From Octopus vulgaris (taxonomy: Eukaryota), in assembly GCA_951406725.2 (NCBI GenBank), contig OX597814.1:144274001-144338000 (forward strand): 64,000 nucleotides of DNA. The letters run 5' to 3'. Under the pieces are notes generated by a model. That model saw only the letters and a list, made by a program, of their open reading frames with translations, was not told the DNA's origin and searched no databases. Below, one piece after another: positions 54,565 to 64,000 of the stretch. Numbering within the stretch: the first letter of the stretch is position 1; every line of letters starts with the position of its first letter. The position numbers were made by a program, and so were the translations under genes.

Positions 54565-54631
54565 AATAAATAAAATATATGCATATATACATACATATAT
54601 GTACATACTTACATCTACATGTATATATACA

Positions 54632-54693
<62 letters not shown>

Positions 54694-55075
54694 TACAGGA
54701 CACCACAAATAAACGTAGAACATGAGAGACGAAAACATAAAATCAAACAAGGAAACTGACTTTTTTTAACAACGAAAAAAACAAGGAAACGGACTTTTTT
54801 AAAAAACAACGAAAAAACAGAGTACAGGACAAACAATACAAGGGAAATTCCCCTTCATCAGCTGCCCCTGGTTCGACTCAATGCGTGTTTCGAAGGTAAG
54901 GGCAGAACACGGCCAGAGCGAAGCAGTCCTTCCTGCAAAAGGTATTAAATAAAATTCTTTTGCAGAGGGGTAAAACAAGTGACAAGAACAGGACGTAAAA
55001 GCAATACAAATGAAGAAAAAACAGTAGAAAAAACAGTACAAATAAAGAAACAGGACAAGGAACCAACAATGAGGG
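54560..55075 (-). mobile_element. Penelope-like family C, longest copy
   Basis: Homologous to 29564-29820 and 60165-60425; carries a candidate permuted hammerhead; 5' boundary uncertain. Confidence 0.65.
54850..54911 (-). ncRNA. Candidate non-circularly permuted hammerhead ribozyme
   Basis: Minus strand: CGTGT-T-CTGCCCTT / A / CCTTC-GAAACACG / linker / AGGGGCAG-CTGATGA-AGGGG. Confidence 0.55.
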
Positions 55076-55349
55076 CTTTTTTTGCCTCGACGGTGGAAAA
55101 ATTAGTTAGAACGCATGTGAAAAATCGACTTGCGAAGGACAGAGAAGTCGATCTATACTTGTTGAAGCACGAAGCAGAAAGAAAGTTTTAGCAGCCCTCT
55201 GGTCAGGAGGAGGAGGAGGAGGAGGAGGAGGAGAAAGAGAGAGGGAAAAAGAAACCAGAAAGGGTGAAAAATAAGGAGGGAGACAAGTAGAGAGGAAGTC
55301 AGACAGGCAGGGAGGAAAGGTCAAAGAGTAAGAGTGCGCGTCATGATTA

Positions 55350-55383
<34 letters not shown>

Positions 55384-55435
55384 CATGCATGTATGTATGT
55401 ATGTATGTATGTATGTATGTATGTATGTATGTATG

Positions 55436-55805
55436 TGGCTGTGTTGTAAGTAGCTTGCTTAAAAACCACATGGTTCCGAGTTCAGTCCCACTGCACGGCA
55501 CCTTGGGCAAGTGTCTTCTACTATAGCCTCGGGCCGCCCAAAGTCTTGTGAGTGGATATGGTAGACGGAAACTGAAAGAAGCCCGTCGTATATATGTGTG
55601 TGTGTGTGCATGTTTTTTGTCTCCCCATCATCGCTTGACAAACGATGTTGGTGGGTTTATGTCCTCGTAACCTAGCGGTTCGACAAAAGAGACCGATAGG
55701 ATAAGTACTAGGCTTACAAAAATAAGTTATGGGGTCGATTTGTTCGACTAAAGGCGGTGCTCCAGCATGGACGCAGTCAAGTGATTGATGCAAGTAAAAG
55801 AGTAA
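55436..55805 (+). mobile_element. SINE family B
   Basis: Head, CORE-like box and CR1-type tail. Confidence 0.87.
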
Positions 55806-56149
55806 AGGAGTATATTATTTGCCAGCAAAATGTGGCACTCACTGTTGGGACGAACGTTACTGTTATTTAGCTCCAGGAAAACATCGTCCTCAGCTGGCTA
55901 TACGACACACTATCTGAGTCCTAATATTCTCGAACAGGGGAGATTAGCATCCCCACTTAGCACAACGCAATATCTGTGCGCCAGTAATCGAACCCGAGGA
56001 TAAATATCAGTAACATTCGTCCCAGCCGGGACTATCACATTATGTTAACAAATAATCTTTATTTTAGAGTACTGTACTGAATGTTTCACGTTGAGAGATT
56101 TAGAAATAATAATGTTTCTATTTATACATACATACACATACACACACAA

Positions 56150-56180
<31 letters not shown>

Positions 56181-56358
56181 AATGAGTAAATATTCTAATG
56201 AATATTCATATAGATATTATTATTATTATTATTGGCATTATTGTTATTGGCATTATTATTATTATTATTACTTTTTTTTTTCTTCTTTCAAATTTTCTTG
56301 CATTTCTTGCCGAGTGTCTTCCCGACTCCTAGGGCAAAGAAACTCATAGTGTATATTG

Positions 56359-56416
<58 letters not shown>

Positions 56417-56461
56417 CATCATCATCATCATTAGCAGTGAATATATCAATAATAATAATAA

Positions 56462-56503
<42 letters not shown>

Positions 56504-56520
56504 TAATAATAATAATAATG

Positions 56521-56565
<45 letters not shown>

Positions 56566-56636
56566 GTATAGTAATAATAATAATAATAATAATAACAACA
56601 ACAACAACAATAATAATAATAATTATAATAATAATG

Positions 56637-56667
<31 letters not shown>

Positions 56668-56709
56668 TAATAATAATGATGATAATAATAATAATGATAA
56701 TAATAGAAA

Positions 56710-57092
56710 AAAAAATGCTTTCTAATTGATGTATCAATACTGGCTGATGACAACGTGTCTCTAAAAGAAATGGAGAAACTCTCAAAATACAAAGACCTGG
56801 AAATAGAGGTAACTAGAATGTGGAATCTGAAAACAGAAACAATTCCTATCATAGTAGGTGCATTAGGCATGATAAAAAAATATTCAGACAAATACATAAC
56901 AAAAACACCAGGACTTACAAACACATATAACATACAGAAAATTGCACTACTAGGCACTGCACACATCCTACGCAGAACACTTTCCATACAATAACCATCA
57001 GAGCATCACAACAAATCACAGCACATACCCAAGGCACACAGAGCTGCGCTCGGTAGTGAAGTGAAAACACGCTATAAAAATAAAACTACTGA
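56710..57092 (+). mobile_element. R4/Dong-clade LINE 3' end (restriction-like endonuclease C-terminus and 3' UTR) within (TAA)n
   Basis: LIDVSI..KEMEKLSKYKDLEIEVTRMW..IPIIVGALG..IQKIALLGTAHILRRTL; TAA tracts on both sides. Confidence 0.85.
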
Positions 57093-57374
<282 letters not shown>

Positions 57375-57482
57375 CCGTTATATGGCAATAATCAATAATT
57401 TTTTATAATTAATAAATAATTATAATAGAATGTACACGAAGTACCAGCTTGCTAGAAATATATGTATGTATGTGTGTGTATG

Positions 57483-57517
<35 letters not shown>

Positions 57518-58797
57518 GCACACAGAAAAACACACACATGCACATAAATACCCATAATATACAAAGGTGCTGAGAAGTCAACTAACAGACTAATCATCAT
57601 TACGATTCATAGTACTCGGAAAACATCTACTATACATACATACATACATACATACATACATACATACATACATACATACACGCATGTGTGTGTATGCGTG
57701 TGTTGTCTGCATATGTACGTATGCGTGTGAATCTGTGTGTGTGTTTGTCCAAGCGTGTTTGTGTGTGCGCTTATGTGTGTGTGTGTGTGTGCGGACGTGC
57801 GCACGCGCGCCCATGTACAGATGCTCACACTCGCACCAATATATACATGCACGCCAAACTATATAAGCGCGTCTATACACCCACATACAGAAATATATAC
57901 TTGCACATACCACCCCTTAATACTTCCCCTCACCCCGACAACCGACCGACTTCTAATGGCACGTGATCTATTTCCTGTCCTCCACGTAGTCAATTTCCTG
58001 TTCGCAACGCGGTATTTTCCACCTAACTTTTACCCATATACCAATATCAAACCACGACATCTCGTGACCGCCCTTGACTAATCGCAGCCCACCTTAAGGT
58101 AATAACAATCAGTTTCTGTCATTCAAATTCAAAATGACTAGCATCACGCTTGAAACTCAAGAGTACCAGCGAATTTGAATCAAACTGTTTTGATATATAC
58201 ATTGCAATAAAAAGCAACTTTCTGTACACAGATTACCATACACGTATGCCTGAAGAGCTTTTAACAGTGAAACCGTTACTCTTTACGAACGCTTTCTTCC
58301 AAAACGTACTTTTAATTTTTTTTAATGCAGAAAACCACAACAAATGACAGTTGTATCCACATTTTTCAATTGCCATCAGTCATTACCGTGAATGTTAGTG
58401 ACAGATGGTGATCAGTCACAGTGACATTTCCACCAACACCCACCGATCGCTATCAGTCACTGTTATATTCAGATTCACAAATCACCACCAACCATTGCTA
58501 CATCCTGAACTACCAATTACCATTAATCCCAAGCAGCAATCACAGCTATACCCACAGTCCAGAATTTGAATGTCATCCATGAACATATCATAATCGGGCC
58601 AGTGTGGAAGGTTGCTAAGTAGCCAACTAACTGCTAGAAGTAACAACCAAATCCCTCTTATATCACACGCCCTATCAAATACACAACAAAAACCAGGTCA
58701 TGATTAGCCTAGGGTTAAATAACAGCCACAAAAACTACAACCCGTTGCCGCTATATCTACCTACACCAAACCATCACCACTACTACTATTATTATTG

Positions 58798-58879
<82 letters not shown>

Positions 58880-58938
58880 TGATGATGATGATGATGATGA
58901 TGATAATAATCCTTTCTACTACTACTACTACTACTACT

Positions 58939-59017
<79 letters not shown>

Positions 59018-59019
<2 letters not shown>

Positions 59020-59215
59020 CCTTTCTACTGGTGACACAAGGCCTCAAATTTGTGGGGAGGGGACTAATCGATTACATCGATTTCAGTTTTTCTTTGGTAT
59101 TTAATTTATCGATCCCCGAAAGGATGACAGGTAAAGTCGACCTCGACGGAATTTGAACTCAGAATATCGCTAAGCATTTCGCTCAGCGTGTTACCGATTC
59201 TGCTAGTTCACTGAT
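59018..59215 (-). mobile_element. SINE family A
   Basis: Minus-strand core motif. Confidence 0.8.
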
Positions 59216-59232
59216 TTGATAGCAACAACGAC

Positions 59233-59291
<59 letters not shown>

Positions 59292-60001
59292 CAACAGCAT
59301 CACCACCGCGACCAATCAGCGCCATATCAACATCCAAACGCATAACAAATACATATAAGGGGAACATGCTGAGTTTTGATCAGTAGATAGACAGGGTGAT
59401 CATAGCCTCATAGAAGAAAAACGAGTACAAAGACAGAAGACGGGGTATATATGCGTGCGTACGCGTATAGATATCTGTGTATGTATGTGCGTGTATGCGT
59501 GTAAGGTGATGAGGTTGGAGTGTGATGAGGGGGCAGGAAAGGGCCCATCTATCATCATTTAGGGGACGAGGAAAAATCAAGAAGAATGCACGGTTGACGT
59601 TAAGAGACAATTGATGAAAAAGAACAAACGAGAGGAGAGCAACTAAGAAGATACAACTGCAGGAGGCCAAGCATGGACGTGTGAATATCAACAGAGAAGA
59701 GCGTTTTATTTCTATTTTATAACAAAAACTTATTTCTCCGCAAAATCTCAGCCCCTTCGCTCCATTATAAAATTCTGAGGTCTATGTGTGCTTTTGTGTT
59801 TGTGTGTGTGTGTCTGTGTGTGGCTGCGCGCATGCGTACGTGCACGTTCGTTGAGTGTAAGTGCTTGTGTATGTGTGTATGTATATGTATGTGTGTGTGT
59901 ATGTAATGTGGTAGTCGTGCAGGAAAGACCAGATAGTGGGCAAAGAGCCAATGCTTAAAGAAAATCAAACAATGAGTGACAGAACGACAGAACGACAGAA
60001 C

Positions 60002-60033
<32 letters not shown>

Positions 60034-60116
60034 GTCTGTGTAATATATATATAATATATGTGCATGTGTACATGTATGTATATATATATATATGCACATA
60101 CCCATATATATATACA

Positions 60117-60164
<48 letters not shown>

Positions 60165-60169
<5 letters not shown>

Positions 60170-60425
60170 ACAATTTAATAAATAAAACATATGCATACAT
60201 ACATATATGTACATACCTACATCTATATGTATATATACATGCATATATGGGTACAGGACACCACAAAAAACGTAGACCACAACGAGAAACGAAAACATAA
60301 AAACAAAACATGGAAACGAACTTTTTTTAACAGCGAAAAAAACAGAGTACAAGACATACAACATAAGGAACATTCCCCTTCCTCAGCTGCCCCTGTTTCG
60401 ACTTATTGCGTGTTCCGAAGGTAAG
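60165..60425 (-). mobile_element. Penelope-like family C, 5'-truncated copy
   Basis: Homology to 54560-54900. Confidence 0.72.
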
Positions 60426-60681
60426 CGTATAAGTATGTATAAGATTCAGTTGAATTAATTACTTAAATTGAGGCACCTCGTTAGGTTGGGAAAATATACA
60501 CACACAAGAATACTATGTAAATATCAAACTTGGTACATAAGTACCGGCCGAATGATATTTCTGCAGTGTATGTCGACAATTAGACCTAGCTGAGTGAAAG
60601 AATCCGCTCTTGAGCTATTCAGACATGTATAATACATTAAATATACGGTCCATAATATTTATGAAGAGCAGGTTCCAAGAC

Positions 60682-61054
60682 AATGAGTAACAGTAGAAGT
60701 ACAGGTGATAATCCATTGCGGTTGTTTCTAACGACTCTAATTGTTTAATGAAAGCATTACATCATTGTAAAGAAACCGTTTTCATCAGATGAATTCATCA
60801 ACTTCAAAATAAAGATAATTCGAAAAGATTTAACATAGTTAACTAAAATAGTAGCAGAATCACTGTAAATGCTTTTGCTCCGTAGATTTTAAACTATGTT
60901 AAATCATTTCGAATGATCTTTATTTTGAAGTTAATGAAATCATCTGATGAAAAACGGTTCCTTTACAATGATGTAATGCTCTCATTAATCAATTAAAGGA
61001 GTTGTTGGAAACGGCCGTAATGGGTTGATACCTGTACTTCTACTATTACTTATT
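60682..61054. mobile_element. Inverted-repeat Penelope-like element (arms 60682-60840 / 60892-61054)
   Basis: Diverged reverse-complement arms, each with a hammerhead-like sequence. Confidence 0.78.
60938..61026 (+). ncRNA. Long-stem-II hammerhead motif
   Basis: TCAT-CTGATGA-..AACGGTTCCTTTA..TAAAGGAGTTGTT-G-GAAAC-GGCC-GTA-ATGG. Confidence 0.72.
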
Positions 61055-61439
61055 TAAATTTATAAGCAATTATATATATACGTGTGCACACGCGCACGCC
61101 TGTACGTGTGAATGTGCGCGTGTGCACACGTATATATATATATATATATATATATATGCAAACACGCAAACTAAAATATCGATTATCGAATTTATGTTCC
61201 ACTTTATTTTTATTCGTTACCGCAGGAAAGAAGGAAAGGAGTTTTTTTATGAAGATATGGTCCTTTAATTACTGTCAGAAGTATACACTTATTTAAAGTA
61301 CAGGAGGTCTATAAGATTGCTACATATACAAAAAAATTCTTCGAAAACAATTACACGGAATTTCATTAAAAAATATGTGTACACCTTCTTGAATTTATAC
61401 CAGGAGTTACAAAAAAAAAGAAAAGAAAATGAAAAAGAA

Positions 61440-61750
61440 AAATGGTAAAACTGGTTCCGTTAGCGTTGACTCCTTTGCTTTCTTTCGGACCTCTAATTTT
61501 TCGTAACATAATTCAAAGATTTCTGTTGTTAAAACCAGTTGTTGAAGGAACCCTTTTGCAGTTCTTTGCCGATACTTGCAGTTCTGTAGACTTCGCAAGG
61601 TGTACGTGTGTGAGGGCTTTGATAACGGCTTGTAATATAACCAATATATCATCAGCATCCACTTCTTCAAATCTCTCATTCTGCGTCATTTGTATGAGGT
61701 TAATTGAAACTGCTTTATCGTCTATCCTTTGATCTTAGATATCAACACTT
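61440..61750 (-). pseudogene. Possible pogo/Tigger transposase C-terminal relic
   Basis: FEEVDADDI and YEKLEVRKKAKESTL..FF resemble Tigger acidic and C-terminal segments; frameshifted. Confidence 0.4.
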
Positions 61751-61824
61751 AGACGCAATATTTTCTCCCTAAATCTCAATGAAACACGTATTTTAACTTT
61801 TACATATATATATATATATATATA

Positions 61825-62160
61825 TGTAAATGTAATATGTGACAATTATTCGGTAGCCATGATAAAACTCCGAGTTTCGGATGTCGTGGTGGAAATCCAC
61901 GCCGCCATCTCTTCAGTTATCCGGCCATCGGGAAAATGCTATGAAAACAAAGGGAAATTACTGTGTGATTGACCGTTTAGCATTTTTTCCGATGGCCGGG
62001 TAACTGAAGAGATGGCGGCGTGGATTTTCACCCCGACATCCGAAACTCGGAGTTTGATCATGGCTACCGAATAATTGTCACATATTATATTTACAGATTA
62101 AATTCCTCTATTTACTTAATATCGAAGTCTCTTTCATTCTTTTGTTTTGTTTTACCATTT
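61825..62160. mobile_element. Inverted-repeat Penelope-like element (arms 61825-61941 / 61978-62095)
   Basis: Highly similar reverse-complement arms next to a TA tract. Confidence 0.8.
61861..61921 (-). ncRNA. Type I hammerhead ribozyme motif (mirror copy at ~62000-62059, plus strand)
   Basis: Minus strand: GATAA-CTGAAGA-GATG..GTGG..CCAC..CATC-C-GAAAC-TCGGA-GTT-TTATC. Confidence 0.75.
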
Positions 62161-62463
62161 CTCGATACAGAAAACACTTAGCTCCGTTCAAATGATTCGA
62201 ACTTAGACACCAAATTTTTTACGAAGGACCAGTTTTGCGGGGTATAGAGTGGCTATAAGAGGGATCAAGGCAACCAATGGTTTCATGTGAAGATATTTTC
62301 AAAATTGTTCAAGCGAACAACATGGTAATGGTACTCTCCCCATTTGGGATAAAATTACCTATAAATAAAAATATCTGTCCACCAATGCGGTGGTGCGCAC
62401 TCATTCTCAATACTCAATACACACACACAAACACACGCACGCACGCACGCACACACACATGTG

Positions 62464-62530
<67 letters not shown>

Positions 62531-62844
62531 TCTTTTATTCTTTTACTTGTTTCTGTCAATTGACTGCAGCCATACTTGAGCACCGCCTTGAAGGGTTTTA
62601 GTCGAACAAATCGACCCAAGGACTTTTTTACGCCTAGTTACGTACATTTAAAAAAAAAACAACTATACAATATAAATCATATGATCAAATTACCCTGTCA
62701 ATTAATCACAAACGTGTTACATTCATACTTAATATTTCTTGTTATTTATCATGCAATTTAAATTTTAACTCGGAGTACACACACGAAGACATGCATATAC
62801 ATATACGCGTGTGTGTATAGTATGTATATTAATATATTTGTATG

Positions 62845-62875
<31 letters not shown>

Positions 62876-62971
62876 GCATATATATGTGTGTTTCTATATG
62901 TATATAAATGTATATATGTGTGTATGTATGTATGCATGTATGTATATATTTTACCATACAGCCACGCCTGC

Positions 62972-63006
<35 letters not shown>

Positions 63007-63317
63007 CATACATTTATATACATACATATATAAACATATACATGTGTGTGTGTATATATACAAATATAGTAATATACATACCATACACGCACGCGTTTAT
63101 GTATATGCGTGTGTTCGTGTGTGTACTGTGAGTTGAATTTTAAATTGCATAATAAATAACAGGAAATATTACGTATGAAGGTAACACGTTTCTGATTAAT
63201 TGACAATGCAATTTGATCATATAATTTACATTGTATAATTTTTTGGAGTGTAAGTAACTCGGTATAAATAAATATATGACTAAAAGTTATATAAATAATA
63301 TTTCCTGCATTTGGTTT

Positions 63318-63380
<63 letters not shown>

Positions 63381-63517
63381 TTAAATCTGTACAATGTTTC
63401 AGTTTTAAAGCTGTGGCATGGTGGGGCACTACCGCTGGGTGTGCTCCACCATTATTTGAAACCTCCGAAATATGTCAGTTGATGAATGAGAGAATTCGAC
63501 GCTGCTGCCTTCATCTG

Positions 63518-63593
<76 letters not shown>

Positions 63594-63608
63594 GTATATA
63601 TATATATG

Positions 63609-63657
<49 letters not shown>

Positions 63658-63686
63658 GTATATATATATACATACATACATACATA

Positions 63687-64000
63687 CGAGGTCTGATCAA
63701 TAAGTATCCGGACTGTTGCCATAGTAAAGAAGCTAAAGCATGTAGAGTGAAGCCGCTTGGCACAGATTCACCTTGATCTCTGCTGTGCGGAAGCACTAAG
63801 CTTTAACGTCCTAGCTCACTGTTTACAACAGTACTTGGAAGGAAGGTACGTAGCGTGTGATCGTCGCGTTGACCATGACAAAGAAAGCTGTCACGGCGAT
63901 ACCTGATCAGAGACCTACGCGAAGTTACAGAAAGTATATGGAGAGGAGTGTATGAGCCGCACAGTAGTGTACGAGTGGTTCAGACGTTTCCAAGATGGCC
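63687..64000 (+). mobile_element. mariner transposon 5' end (runs off the window)
   Basis: TA|CGAGGTCTGATCAATAAGT TIR start; ETYAKLQKVYGEECMSRTVVYEWFRRFQDG HTH peptide. Confidence 0.85.

Noticed and set aside
54979-55191. 70-aa ORF next to family C
   Set aside because: Antisense to the ribozyme strand and shows no GIY-YIG or RT motif
58250-58278. CTGAAGA..GAAACCGTT motif
   Set aside because: No stem I pairing

Overview
AT-rich eukaryotic intronic or intergenic DNA, dense in microsatellites ((TA)n, (CA)n, (TACA)n, (GATA)n, (TAA)n) and transposable elements. The repeat families look like those of an octopus genome (from memory, not a database search). I can identify no host protein-coding gene, and most listed ORFs are microsatellite artefacts. 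Recognisable elements: (1) a ~3.5-kb CR1-group LINE at 15063-18600, with a CCCH-finger ORF1 remnant and an APE+RT ORF2 broken by one nonsense codon, whose 3' stem-loop tail is shared with a very abundant tRNA-derived SINE; (2) several other SINE families; (3) R4/Dong-like LINE fragments in (TAA)n; (4) an RTE-like relic; (5) Tc1, mariner and pogo remnants; (6) hAT- and pogo-type MITEs and Helitron-related nonautonomous elements. The most interesting signal is about ten short non-coding elements carrying hammerhead ribozyme motifs, probably Penelope-like pseudo-LTR or retrozyme-type units. Five are head-to-head inverted duplications and four have a very long stem II. One family appears to encode a non-circularly permuted (pseudoknotted) hammerhead, and its truncated copies begin just after the predicted cleavage site. 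Two recent templated duplications sit in (TA)n tracts. All structures were derived by eye and none has been computed or tested.
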